Shown here: in pieces, positions 1-8,501 of the stretch
How positions within the stretch are numbered: position 1 is the first letter of the stretch
Layout: each line of letters starts with the position of its first letter
IMG/VR virus record: IMGVR_UViG_2609460346_000006
Coordinates: 1-42,345 of that record
Source of the DNA: a virus
Taxonomy: Duplodnaviria > Heunggongvirae > Uroviricota > Caudoviricetes
Length of the DNA: 42,345 nucleotides
Direction: 5' to 3' (one strand)
Notes under the pieces: model-generated
The model's database searches: none
Seen by the model: the letters and a program-made list of their open reading frames with translations, nothing else
Told to the model about the DNA's origin: nothing
Program-made: the position numbers and the translations under genes

Positions 1-1143
1 CTATGCTGTTTTGATATCTACGATAATCCAGTCTTTACCACGATCATCATTGTATCGGTCGGTCATTTTTCTGGATTTATGACCTAACAACTTTTGCGTA
101 TCCAGACCCTGTTCCCGATATAACCGTTCTGACAGAGATCGCTGCTCATGAAATGTGGGCGCAGTTCCTGGCTCCCATTTTATGCCACATTTTTCCCTGG
201 CCTTTTTAAAAGCCGTTGTAAGAGTATTTGCAGAAACCTGGTCTCCTCTGTTTGCTTGAGAGGTAGTGTGACGGTAATGGACCAGATATTTACTAACAAC
301 AGCATCCCTGCACTGAGATATAACTTCACGAAGGGTAATATTCAGAGCATCGCATTTCAGGCTAAGCGGAATAGCAAGTTTTGAACCGGTTTTTTCCTGA
401 GTAATGTGCAACATGTCGTCCCATATATCAGAGAATTTCAAATTGCAGATATCGCCTAAACGTTGTCCAGTAACAAGAGCAAGTAGCATGCCGCATTTTA
501 AATAGGGCTGCCGTCTGCTTACGCTTTCAAATATTGCCTGCCATTCGGGCAGTGATAATCTTTGGCGGTTTACTCGATTTCGCGGTTGTTTTGTTGCCTG
601 CGCTGGGTTAAATCCTGGCGGAACATGTCCTGCGTGTTGTGCTTCTTTGAAGACGTCGATCAACACCATTCTCACGACTTGCGCCATCCTGTTATGACCT
701 TCAGCCTTTACAGCATCAATTATTTCGGCAATATCAAGTGCGGTAATATCCTTGAGGTGTTGCATTCCACAATGCTCACGGAAAAGACGAATGGGTTTAC
801 CTTTTTGCCGATAGGAGTTGGGTTTTAGTTCATTATGTTGCAGCCTGTCCTCCTGGATAGAAATATATTTATCAAGCCATTCTGTCACCGTAATGTCTGA
901 ACGCCTGCCTTTCATTCTTTCTAGACGCTCATTGACGCTTAATATTTGTCGGGTACGTTGTTCAGCAATAATGGTATTTGCTTCAGTAGCAACTTGTTTT
1001 GCTTCATTCTCATCAGTTCCTAAGCTATGAAAACGACCGGATAGTGGATGTTTGTATTGCCAATATACCTTTCCGGTTCGCTTATCTAATTTGCAATATA
1101 AATTGGGTATAGAGATTTTGTGAGATCGGGGTCTAGCAGCCAT
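1..1143 (-). CDS. int: Tyrosine integrase, lambda Int family; window begins at its stop codon
   Basis: 380-aa ORF; C-terminal region aligns with lambda Int from memory (…TGQRLGDIC…, …HEQRSLSERLY…, …LLGHKSRKMTDRYNDDRGKDW…); start overlaps upstream xis as in lambda; lambda-type att core found at the other prophage end. Confidence 0.9.
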   Translation of the reverse strand: MAARPRSHKISIPNLYCKLDKRTGKVYWQYKHPLSGRFHSLGTDENEAKQVATEANTIIAEQRTRQILSVNERLERMKGRRSDITVTEWLDKYISIQEDRLQHNELKPNSYRQKGKPIRLFREHCGMQHLKDITALDIAEIIDAVKAEGHNRMAQVVRMVLIDVFKEAQHAGHVPPGFNPAQATKQPRNRVNRQRLSLPEWQAIFESVSRRQPYLKCGMLLALVTGQRLGDICNLKFSDIWDDMLHITQEKTGSKLAIPLSLKCDALNITLREVISQCRDAVVSKYLVHYRHTTSQANRGDQVSANTLTTAFKKAREKCGIKWEPGTAPTFHEQRSLSERLYREQGLDTQKLLGHKSRKMTDRYNDDRGKDWIIVDIKTA

Positions 1144-1369
1144 CAGCGATTATCCGTTGGAGTTTTGGGTTTGCGTTTATTGGGAGTTGCGGTTCTGCAA
1201 GCGTTCCTACAAAACGGGAATTTCGGTCAATCATCCAGTAGCGACCAACTTTTATAGCGGGTGGGGCCATCATTTTCCCTTGCGCGTATTTTTTCAGAAC
1301 TCGCTCACTTGGTGCTAAGTCCCCAAATTCTTCTTTAGCCCAGTCCTGTAAAGTGATTAGTCGAGACAT
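1133..1369 (-). CDS. xis: Excisionase (Xis-like)
   Basis: 78 aa starting at internal ATG (1367-1369) preceded by GAGGAGG RBS; small basic protein overlapping the int start as in lambda; the 5' part of the listed ORF is treated as an extension. Confidence 0.7.
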   Translation of the reverse strand: MSRLITLQDWAKEEFGDLAPSERVLKKYAQGKMMAPPAIKVGRYWMIDRNSRFVGTLAEPQLPINANPKLQRIIADGC

Positions 1370-1507
1370 TTGTCCTCCTCTTACTGCTGAGGGAGTTTGT
1401 GACCGATATATCTGACATGATATTAAGCTCATGGCAGGTACATCTCTTGACTGGTCATAGAGATAAATTTAATGCTGAGAAATGCAGTATTGAATTTATC
1501 AATTTTT

Positions 1508-1747
1508 CTATTTCCTGCGTATGGCACGTAACTTCTTAATGTGTTCTGCTGTATCGATCTCTTCGGCTATCCGATCTGCATCAGCTTTATTCACAGGTTC
1601 AAAGTCATGATTAAAGCGGAACATGCTGGCGATACATGTTCTGCCTTTTTGGATGTAGTGAACTTTGTTGTGGGTAGAACGCAGGATTTTGCAGGGAGTG
1701 CCGTGGTGGTCGACGTACCAGGTGTTAGGAAAAATGATTCTGAACAT
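1508..1747 (-). CDS. Hypothetical small phage protein (ea region)
   Basis: 79-aa ORF with GAGGTG RBS 5 nt upstream of ATG; co-oriented with int-xis block; no family recognised. Confidence 0.5.
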   Translation of the reverse strand: MFRIIFPNTWYVDHHGTPCKILRSTHNKVHYIQKGRTCIASMFRFNHDFEPVNKADADRIAEEIDTAEHIKKLRAIRRK

Positions 1748-1794
1748 TTTTACACCTCAGTTGGACGATGTTGAAATTTGCTGCTTTGAGGCCA

Positions 1795-2013
1795 TTACAA
1801 TCCCCATTGTTTGTTCTTAAGTTCGATCTCCTCCTGGCAACTTGCACAAGTCCGACAACCCTGAACGGCCAGGCGTCTTCGCTCATCTATGGGATCGCCA
1901 CACTCACAACAATGAGTGGCAGATATAGCCTGGTGGTTCAGGCGGCGCATTTTTATTGCTGTGTTGCGCTGTAATTCTTCAATTTCTGATGCTGAATCAA
2001 TGATGTCTGCCAT
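1795..2013 (-). CDS. TraR/DksA-family C4 zinc-finger protein
   Basis: 72 aa with CxxC…17 aa…CxxC (…HCCECGDPID…CRTCASCQ…), typical of phage TraR/DksA-like proteins. Confidence 0.7.
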   Translation of the reverse strand: MADIIDSASEIEELQRNTAIKMRRLNHQAISATHCCECGDPIDERRRLAVQGCRTCASCQEEIELKNKQWGL

Positions 2014-2111
2014 CTTCCATTAATCCCTGAATTGTTGGTTAATACGCTTGAGGGTGAATGCGAATAATAGAAAAGGAGCCTGTAGCTCCCTGATGATTTT
2101 GCTTTTCATGT

Positions 2112-2327
2112 TCACCGTTCCTTAAAAACGCCGTTTAACATGCCGATCGCTAGGCTTAAATGAGTCGGTGTGAATCCCATCAGCGTTACCGTTTCGCGGT
2201 GCTTCTTCAGTACGCTACGGCAAATGTCATCGACGTTTTTATCCGGAAACTGCTGTCTGGCTTTTTTGATTTCACAATTAGCCTGACGGGCAATGCTGCG
2301 AAGGGCGTTATTATGTTCTATTGTCAT
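2112..2327 (-). CDS. Hypothetical small phage protein
   Basis: 71 aa from internal ATG (2325-2327) immediately downstream of the preceding gene stop; the N-terminal extension in the ORF track overlaps the upstream gene and is not used. Confidence 0.45.
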   Translation of the reverse strand: MTIEHNNALRSIARQANCEIKKARQQFPDKNVDDICRSVLKKHRETVTLMGFTPTHLSLAIGMLNGVFKER

Positions 2328-2334
2328 ATTGGCC

Positions 2335-3087
2335 TCACACTTCGAATGCCAACTGAGGGGTAAAGACGTCCCGTTCAGCGTTGTAATTAAGTGAACTGGC
2401 ACTGTTGAATGATTCAATGCGTTCCACAAGAACTTGCGTACGGGTTTCTTTACTTGCGGGAGCATATGGCGAACCTACCCAGGATTTGTCGATGCCTATA
2501 TTTCTTGCGACGTTCGTGCTGTCTGCAGACGAAAGCGGTACATGAGTAAAAATGTCTTTATTTAACATCCGTAACCCATGAATCTTGGTGATTGGGTAGC
2601 CGTACTGATCTACAACATGACGTATAAGATCGCGTAGTTTAGCCCGACACGCTCTCGGTCGTTTTGCATCGTATTCCCCCATCGAGCCGATGCAGACGCG
2701 GGGAAACTCATGGCACAGACGAATAAATCGCTCATCTGGTTCGTTCATGTGCCACACCGGAGCACCAATAAATTTACCGTGAGGCCATGCCGCAATCAGG
2801 GCGTCATTCTCTTCACTGGTTCCGCCGATAACATCCGGGATAACCGCGAATGAGAAACGAGGGTGATTACCCCAGCGTTCAACAAATCTGTAATATTCAT
2901 TCCAGTCTACGGCCTTGTTTTTTGTCCAGAATGTGAATGCACCATTATCAAGAGCAAATGATTGGGTGACTTCGGAAGCCAGATCAATCTGAGCTGGATT
3001 AGCAAAACTGATGAATGCGTGTCTGCCTTTCCAGGCTTTCAACGCACAGGTATCGGGAGTTATTGGACCACCGTGAAAATGAATCAT
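2335..3087 (-). CDS. Conserved 250-aa ea-region protein; possible tRNA-guanine transglycosylase (TGT/DpdA)-superfamily enzyme (hypothesis)
   Basis: ORF coupled by ATGA overlap to upstream small ORF; motifs …LDNGAF… and …ADSTNVARN… resemble TGT substrate-Asp (DSGG[FY]) and catalytic-Asp/…RNAR… regions by eye; no search run. Confidence 0.6.
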   Translation of the reverse strand: MIHFHGGPITPDTCALKAWKGRHAFISFANPAQIDLASEVTQSFALDNGAFTFWTKNKAVDWNEYYRFVERWGNHPRFSFAVIPDVIGGTSEENDALIAAWPHGKFIGAPVWHMNEPDERFIRLCHEFPRVCIGSMGEYDAKRPRACRAKLRDLIRHVVDQYGYPITKIHGLRMLNKDIFTHVPLSSADSTNVARNIGIDKSWVGSPYAPASKETRTQVLVERIESFNSASSLNYNAERDVFTPQLAFEV

Positions 3088-3242
3088 ACACTCTCCCGTT
3101 TATTATTTATCTCCTCAGCCAGTCGCTGGGCTTTCAGCGGATTTCGGATAACAGAAGGCCCGGGAAATACCCAGCCTCGCTTTGTAACGGAGTAGACGAA
3201 AGTGATCGCACCTACCCGGATATTATCGTGAGGATGCTTCAT
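3084..3242 (-). CDS. Small hypothetical protein translationally coupled between exo and the 250-aa gene
   Basis: 52-aa ORF ([11 protein letters not shown]…) whose ATG overlaps the exo stop (ATGA) and whose stop overlaps the next ATG (ATGA); below the ORF-track size cutoff. Confidence 0.4.
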   Translation of the reverse strand: MKHPHDNIRVGAITFVYSVTKRGWVFPGPSVIRNPLKAQRLAEEINNKRESV

Positions 3243-3919
3243 CGCCATTGCTCCCCAAATACAAAACCAATTTCAGCCAGTGCCTCGTCCATTTTTTCGA
3301 TGAACTCCGGCACCATCTCGTCAAAACTCGCCATGTACTTTTCATCCCGCTCAACCACGACATAATGCAGTCCTTCACGCTTCATACGCGGGTCATAGTT
3401 GGCAAAGTACCAGGCATCTTTTCGCGTCACCCACATGCTGTACTGCACCTGGGCCATGTAAGCTGACTTTATGGCCTCGAAACCACCGAGCCGGAACTTC
3501 ATGAAATCCCGGGAGGTAAACGGGCATTTCAGTTCAAGGCCGTTGCCGTCACTGCATAAACCATCTGGAGAGCAGGCGGTACGCATACTTTCGTCGCGAT
3601 AGATGATCGGTGATTCAGTAACATTCACGCCGGAAGTGAACTCAAACAGGGCTCTGGCGTCGTTCTCGTACTGTTTTCCCCAGGCCAGCGCTTTAGCGTT
3701 AACTTCCGGAGCCACACCGGTGCAAACCTCAGCAAGCAGGGTGTGGAAGTAGGACATTTTCATGTCAGGCCACTTTTTTCCGGAGCGGGGTTTTGCTATT
3801 ACGTTATGAACTTCTGAAGCTGTGATGACGCCGAGCCGTAATTTGTGCCACGCATCATCCCCCTGTTCGACAGCTCTCACGTCGATCCCGGTACGCTGCA
3901 GGATAATGTCCGGTGTCAT
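3239..3919 (-). CDS. exo: Lambda exonuclease (Red alpha)
   Basis: 226-aa translation is near-identical to lambda Exo as recalled ([50 protein letters not shown]…GEQWR). Confidence 0.97.
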   Translation of the reverse strand: MTPDIILQRTGIDVRAVEQGDDAWHKLRLGVITASEVHNVIAKPRSGKKWPDMKMSYFHTLLAEVCTGVAPEVNAKALAWGKQYENDARALFEFTSGVNVTESPIIYRDESMRTACSPDGLCSDGNGLELKCPFTSRDFMKFRLGGFEAIKSAYMAQVQYSMWVTRKDAWYFANYDPRMKREGLHYVVVERDEKYMASFDEMVPEFIEKMDEALAEIGFVFGEQWR

Positions 3920-4701
3920 GCTGCCACCTTCTGCTCTGCGGCTTTCTGTTTCAGGAATCCAAGAGCTTTTACTGCTTCGGCCTGTGTCAGTTCTGACGAT
4001 GCGCGAATGTCGCGGCGAAATATCTGGGAACAGAGCGGCAATAAGTCGTCATCCCATGTTTTATCCAGGGCGATCAGCAGAGTGTTAATCTCCTGCATGC
4101 TTTCATCGTTAACCGGAGTGATGTCGCGTTCCGGCTGACGTTCTGCAGTGTATGCGGTATTTTCGACAATGCGCTCGGCTTCATCCTTGTCATAGATACC
4201 AGCAAATCCGAAGGCCAGACGGGCACACTGAATCATAGCTTTATGCCGTAACATTCGTTTGGGATGCGACTGCCACGGTCCCGTGATTTCTCTGCCTTCG
4301 CGGGTTTTGAATGGTTCGCGGCGGCATTCATCCATCCACTCGGTAACGCAGATCGGATGATTACGGTCCTTGCGGTAAATCCGGCATGTACATGATTCAT
4401 TGTCCTGCTCAAAGTCCATGCCATCAAACTGCTGGTTTTCATTAATGATGCGGGACCAGCCATCAACGCCCACCACAGGAACGATGCCGTTCTGCTTATC
4501 AGGGAAGGCGTAAATTTCTTTCGTCCACGGATTAAGGCCGTACTGGTTGGCGACGATCAGCAATGCGATGAACTGCGCATCGCTGGCATCACCTTTAAAT
4601 GCCGTCTGACGAAGAGTGGTGATCAGTTCCTGTGGGTCGACAGAATCCATGCCGACACGTTCAGCCAGCTTCCCGGCTAGCGTTGCGAGTGCTGTACTCA
4701 T
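3916..4701 (-). CDS. bet: Lambda Bet (Red beta) single-strand annealing protein
   Basis: 261-aa translation matches lambda Bet as recalled ([66 protein letters not shown]…). Confidence 0.97.
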   Translation of the reverse strand: MSTALATLAGKLAERVGMDSVDPQELITTLRQTAFKGDASDAQFIALLIVANQYGLNPWTKEIYAFPDKQNGIVPVVGVDGWSRIINENQQFDGMDFEQDNESCTCRIYRKDRNHPICVTEWMDECRREPFKTREGREITGPWQSHPKRMLRHKAMIQCARLAFGFAGIYDKDEAERIVENTAYTAERQPERDITPVNDESMQEINTLLIALDKTWDDDLLPLCSQIFRRDIRASSELTQAEAVKALGFLKQKAAEQKVAA

Positions 4702-4706
4702 CCGTT

Positions 4707-5003
4707 TTATACCTCTGAATCAATATCAACATGGTGGTGAGCAATGGTTTCAACCATGTACCGGATGTGTTCTGCCATGCGCTCCTGAAACTCAACATCG
4801 TCATCAAACGCACGGGTAATGGCTTTTTTGCTGGCCCCGCAGCGTTGCAAATGATCGATGCAGAGTGATTCAAACAGGTGCTGTGGAAGACCTTTTTCCA
4901 TGTCGTCTGCCAGTTCTGCCTCTTTCTCTTCACGGGCGATCTGCTGGTAGTGACGCGCCCAGCTTTGAGCCTCAAGACGATCCTGAATGTAATAAGCGTT
5001 CAT
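4707..5003 (-). CDS. gam: Lambda Gam (RecBCD inhibitor), short form
   Basis: 98-aa translation matches the GamS portion of lambda Gam ([21 protein letters not shown]…VDIDSEV). Confidence 0.95.
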   Translation of the reverse strand: MNAYYIQDRLEAQSWARHYQQIAREEKEAELADDMEKGLPQHLFESLCIDHLQRCGASKKAITRAFDDDVEFQERMAEHIRYMVETIAHHHVDIDSEV

Positions 5004-5078
5004 GGCTGAACTCCTGAAAATGGCTGTGAAAATATCGCCCGCGAAATGCCGGGCTGATTAGGAAAACAGGAAAGGGGA

Positions 5079-5369
5079 TTAGTGATTCAGGCCGTTGCCG
5101 CGCCCGTCGAGAAAAACTTCCACGAGCAAATCACGGGTATAAGTGCGCTCGATGCCGCGATGCAGATAAAGCCGTCCGCGTAAATTAGCTGATGCAGTCC
5201 AGGTACCATCTTTGTGTTTGACCAGCATTCCTGGCATGACCGCACCTCGATTAACGGTCTGCGTTCCGTAATGTTGATGAACCATAAAAACTCCTGCCCG
5301 TAAGCTGGGCTGCTGAACATATAGAGACTTCTGCGCGTATTCAGGCGGTGGATGGCCGCCGGTTGTCAT
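5079..5369 (-). CDS. Hypothetical protein, first gene of the leftward early (pL) transcript; function unknown
   Basis: 96 aa from ATG at 5367-5369 (GAGG 10 nt upstream); the ORF track extends to a TTG at 5489 adding an Arg-rich 40-aa N-terminus (…VKRTRERR…); lies where lambdoid phages carry N/kil/cIII but resembles none of them. Confidence 0.4.
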   Translation of the reverse strand: MTTGGHPPPEYAQKSLYVQQPSLRAGVFMVHQHYGTQTVNRGAVMPGMLVKHKDGTWTASANLRGRLYLHRGIERTYTRDLLVEVFLDGRGNGLNH

Positions 5370-5562
5370 AACTAAGCCGCCTCGTTGAAACGACTGAGGT
5401 ATGAAGTGTTGAGTTGATTTCAGCTGGTCACACCGACGTTCACGCGTCCGCTTCACCCCTCGCACTTCCCGAAGCCTGCTGAAATTCAAGCTGCGGACCT
5501 AAGCGGTCATCGCAACGGTGAATCAGGTGGTTGCCGTATCGTTGTGTTGTTGCGATGAATTT

Positions 5563-5660
5563 ATTTAAAACTATAGTTGTTTTGTTGTCAACAACAAAAG
5601 TTGTTTTATTGGTTGTTTTAGATGTAACTGGTTGTATTTAGGATGGGTTTATTTTGTGAC
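5563..5660 (-). promoter_or_regulatory. Putative oL/pL: leftward early promoter with repressor operators
   Basis: On minus strand TTGACA (5586-5591), 17-bp spacer, TTAAAT (5563-5568); inverted repeat TTGTTG-TCAA-CAACAA overlaps the -35; repeated GGTTGT half-sites (5610-5640) match the half-sites in OR. Confidence 0.55.
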
Positions 5661-5732
5661 TTGCATCGCATAGCGATAACTGAAGGGAGATTGTGGTGGT
5701 TTTTTGAACGGTATACGTGATGAGGGGAGGGG

Positions 5733-5762
5733 ATAAAAGAAAACCCGGCACGGTGGCCGGGT
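5733..5762 (-). terminator. Rho-independent terminator after the rex-position gene
   Basis: 7-bp GC stem ACCCGGC/GCCGGGT (5743-5762) followed on the minus strand by a T-run (5733-5742). Confidence 0.7.
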
Positions 5763-5766
5763 ATCT

Positions 5767-6720
5767 TTATTCGAATGGAAGATCTATTTGCCTTTGAGGA
5801 TTCAACTGTTTTTTTACATGCTCAATTTCGAATATGGTTTTTATGGCATCTCCGATCATATATTGAGTTACTTTTAAATCTACAAGTAACATATCACCTT
5901 TAGAAAAATTTAAGGTGTTGTTATCAATATCGCTGATGAATTTCTGGTCTTTTATTTCAGCCAAAAAGCTACTGGCACCATCAGAAAACCGCCACCGGCT
6001 TCCTTCATTGAAGGAAATATTTTTAATTTGAAGGGCTTTCTCTACTGTGTACTCTGAAATTATTGATTCTGCTGGTAGATTGACTTTGAAATAATGTGCT
6101 TCTTGCTTGTTGATCGTCATGAATGTCAAACCATCATCGACAGTAGAGGCAAAGCTGTCAATGCCTTCCTGCTCTAATGGCTTACTTATAACTTCTTGTA
6201 ATGAAGAGCGAAGTTTAATATTTTTATAAAGTTCAATAACGTTACTGTCGTAGATCTCGCTTTCGTCATCAACAAAGACTTCGATGTTGCTATCAGGCAA
6301 ATTGTGTAATTTTTTTATTTTCCTTGGACCTATCCATTTTATCAGTTGAATTAGGCCTTTGCATATTTTTTCTTTAGAACCAGGACAGAGTCCAATAAAA
6401 GCAATCAAATTCGCAGCGGCTGTTGCTGAATCGCCGGATAAAAAATCAACAGCCTGTTTGAACCAAGATGTAGATGAGGCAACCAGATCTATTCCAAATG
6501 AGCCAGCTTTAAATGATGCATTGACTTTTACAGAAACAACAGTCTTGTTTCCGTAGAGAGTTTTACCGGCTTCCTCTAATGCATCTGATAGTGATAGAAG
6601 GGCAGGAGCAAGGTCTCGCACGTTCATTTCATGCGTTTCCAGTGCCGGACCGTCGTATACTATCCTGAACTTCATATCATTGGTTTCCGAATTGTTGCCC
6701 GCATCCATTATGGCATTCAC
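5767..6720 (-). CDS. Unknown 317-aa protein in the rexAB slot; candidate lysogen-expressed accessory/defence gene
   Basis: Long AT-rich ORF directly downstream of and co-oriented with cI, own terminator, followed by oL/pL; no catalytic motif, TM segment or P-loop seen; start is GTG at 6720 or ATG at 6708 (AGGTGA 8 nt upstream). Confidence 0.7.
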   Translation of the reverse strand: MNAIMDAGNNSETNDMKFRIVYDGPALETHEMNVRDLAPALLSLSDALEEAGKTLYGNKTVVSVKVNASFKAGSFGIDLVASSTSWFKQAVDFLSGDSATAAANLIAFIGLCPGSKEKICKGLIQLIKWIGPRKIKKLHNLPDSNIEVFVDDESEIYDSNVIELYKNIKLRSSLQEVISKPLEQEGIDSFASTVDDGLTFMTINKQEAHYFKVNLPAESIISEYTVEKALQIKNISFNEGSRWRFSDGASSFLAEIKDQKFISDIDNNTLNFSKGDMLLVDLKVTQYMIGDAIKTIFEIEHVKKQLNPQRQIDLPFE

Positions 6721-6781
6721 CTGATCACATATACAGTTAATTTACGATATTGTCTTAAATCTTAAAACTTCTATTGTATGG

Positions 6782-7471
6782 CTACCCATGCTTCCTATAC
6801 GTCTGCGGCATGCTCCCAATAACCTTACCGAAGATGAACACCCGGTTCATCTCGTCTTTCTCGATCGGGTCCCAAGGTGAGTAGCTCTTGTTATCAGAGA
6901 TAACCAGCAGCTTATCCTTCATCATTTGCAGACGCTTTACATGGGCTGTGTCGTCGTACAGAAACGCATAGATACCATCACCGTCGAAAGATTTAACCGT
7001 GATATCAACGAACAGCAGATCACCTGGTTCGATCGTTCCTGACATGCTGTCACCGCGTACGTTAATGATACGGATATTTTCCGCCTTCCTGCCATCGAAC
7101 ATGTGACGAGCATCGTCAAACGAATACTCAACCGAACGTAGAACTTCTACAAACTCACGGTTGATGACTCCCGGCCCGGCACTCACTTCGATATCAAGAA
7201 CGTCAATCTTAAAGTATTTGGAATGGCTGACAGTTGTTTGTATTGGTTGCACTGTACTGTCTGACATATTTCCAACGCCAGAAGATAACCATTCTGCGCG
7301 CACACCCAAAGCGTTCGCGATCTCCACGATTTTAGTTGTTTGGTTAGCTTTCCCTGTTTCGATTTTCTGAATAGCTGCTTGGCTAACCCCGACCAAATCC
7401 CCAAGCGCCTTTTGTGTAAGGCCTCGCGCTAATCTGGCTTCTTTAAGTCTTTCTGAGAGTGTTGTTTTCAT
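6782..7471 (-). CDS. CI-like prophage repressor (N-terminal HTH, C-terminal S24/LexA-like peptidase)
   Basis: 229 aa from ATG 7469-7471; HTH (…LTQKALGDLVGVSQAAIQKIETGK…), Ala-Gly cleavage site (…VSAGPG…), Ser/Lys dyad (…GDSMSG…, …HVKRL…); divergent from cro across an operator region. Confidence 0.9.
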   Translation of the reverse strand: MKTTLSERLKEARLARGLTQKALGDLVGVSQAAIQKIETGKANQTTKIVEIANALGVRAEWLSSGVGNMSDSTVQPIQTTVSHSKYFKIDVLDIEVSAGPGVINREFVEVLRSVEYSFDDARHMFDGRKAENIRIINVRGDSMSGTIEPGDLLFVDITVKSFDGDGIYAFLYDDTAHVKRLQMMKDKLLVISDNKSYSPWDPIEKDEMNRVFIFGKVIGSMPQTYRKHG

Positions 7472-7575
7472 AGTCCAAATGTACAACCAAGGTTTTATTT
7501 CATCAAACGAAAATGGTTGTTGACTAAAAACAACCATGGTTTTAATCTTGATTCAAATTAACCACGGAGGTTGTT
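7472..7575. promoter_or_regulatory. OR region: divergent pRM/pR with three TGGTTGT-type operator sites
   Basis: Sites at ~7482-7492, 7514-7524, 7529-7540; candidate pR -35 TTGACT (7520-7525) with -10 near 7541-7548; GGAGG RBS before cro ATG. Confidence 0.6.
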
Positions 7576-7806
7576 ATGAACCCAGCCATCAAAACAGCGA
7601 TCAATATCGTTGGTTCACAAAAGAAACTAGGCGCTGCCTGCGAAGTTTCACAGCAGGCCGTCTATAAGTGGCTTCACAACAAAGCAAAGGTATCCCCTGA
7701 ACATGTCGGCAGCATTGTTACGGCTACTGGTGGAGTAGTGAAGGCATACCAGATTCGCCCGGATCTTCCGAAGTTGTTTCCACACACTGAAAAGAACGCA
7801 GCTTAA
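7576..7806 (+). CDS. Cro-like HTH regulator (YdaS-like)
   Basis: 76 aa, first rightward gene divergent from cI, strong RBS, HTH-like segment (…KKLGAACEVSQQAVYKWL…). Confidence 0.75.
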   Translation: MNPAIKTAINIVGSQKKLGAACEVSQQAVYKWLHNKAKVSPEHVGSIVTATGGVVKAYQIRPDLPKLFPHTEKNAA

Positions 7807-7875
7807 ATTTCCATTTCACGCTCTTTAACAATAAGCAATCAACTTAACAGTCAATTCAAACTAAAGGAGTCAATT

Positions 7876-8415
7876 ATGCAACCACTTACATACCAACAGA
7901 CTAGCGGATTTAGCCCGACTGCGGTGATAAATCGTTCTCAAACAAAACAAGCTCCAGGCCACGAAAAAATCCGTGATGCCGTCCGCGCCTGGTCGGCTGT
8001 AGATAATCAGGATGTCGTTGCCGCACTCATTGTGAATGAGTATCGGGAGCAGGGCGGCGGCACCATCGATTTCCCTGATGATGTCAGCCGTGCACGCCAG
8101 AAGCTGTTCCGCTTCCTCGATAACAAATTCGATTCTGAAAAATACCGAAATAACGTGCGTGAACTGACCCCGGCAATTCTGGCGGTACTACCGCTGGAAT
8201 ATCGCGGTTACCTAGTTGAGCAGGATAGCTTCATGGCTCGGCTGGCTGAAATGGAAAAGGAACTCAGTGAGGCAAAGCAGGCGGTCATTCTCAACGCACC
8301 ACGCCACCAGAAACTGAAGGAGATGAGTGAAGGCATTGTGTCGATGTTTCGAGTGGACCCGGATCTGGCTGGTCCACTGATGGCGATGGTCACCACCATG
8401 CTGGGGGCAATATGA
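7876..8415 (+). CDS. CII-position regulatory protein (YdaT-like), function uncertain
   Basis: 179 aa, AGGAG RBS, sits between cro-like and O; much larger than lambda CII. Confidence 0.5.
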   Translation: MQPLTYQQTSGFSPTAVINRSQTKQAPGHEKIRDAVRAWSAVDNQDVVAALIVNEYREQGGGTIDFPDDVSRARQKLFRFLDNKFDSEKYRNNVRELTPAILAVLPLEYRGYLVEQDSFMARLAEMEKELSEAKQAVILNAPRHQKLKEMSEGIVSMFRVDPDLAGPLMAMVTTMLGAI

Positions 8416-8501
8416 CAGGTTCAGAAATGGCGAAAGCCGGTCTGCTGGAACAGAACCGACTTTCAGGTGCAAATCGTAACACACTCATTGCGGGAGGAAT
8501 T

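Noticed and set aside
4661-4975. 104-aa ORF overlapping gam in another frame
   Set aside because: Fully overlapped by the near-identical lambda Gam frame; no independent start signals.
5370-5489. Arg-rich N-terminal extension (…VKRTRERR…) as a lambda N-type antiterminator
   Set aside because: It begins at a TTG without an RBS, the downstream protein does not resemble N, and no boxA/boxB-like nut site was convincingly identified; kept only as a hypothesis.
7472-7537. N-terminal extension of the CI ORF (MVVFSQQPFSFDEIKPWLYIWT…)
   Set aside because: The extension reads through the operator/promoter region; the conserved repressor sequence begins at the ATG at 7469-7471.
8412-8501. Upstream start for O (MTGSEMAKAG…)
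   Set aside because: It overlaps the preceding gene and lacks an RBS, whereas the ATG at 8502 has a GGGAGG RBS and aligns with the lambda O N-terminus.
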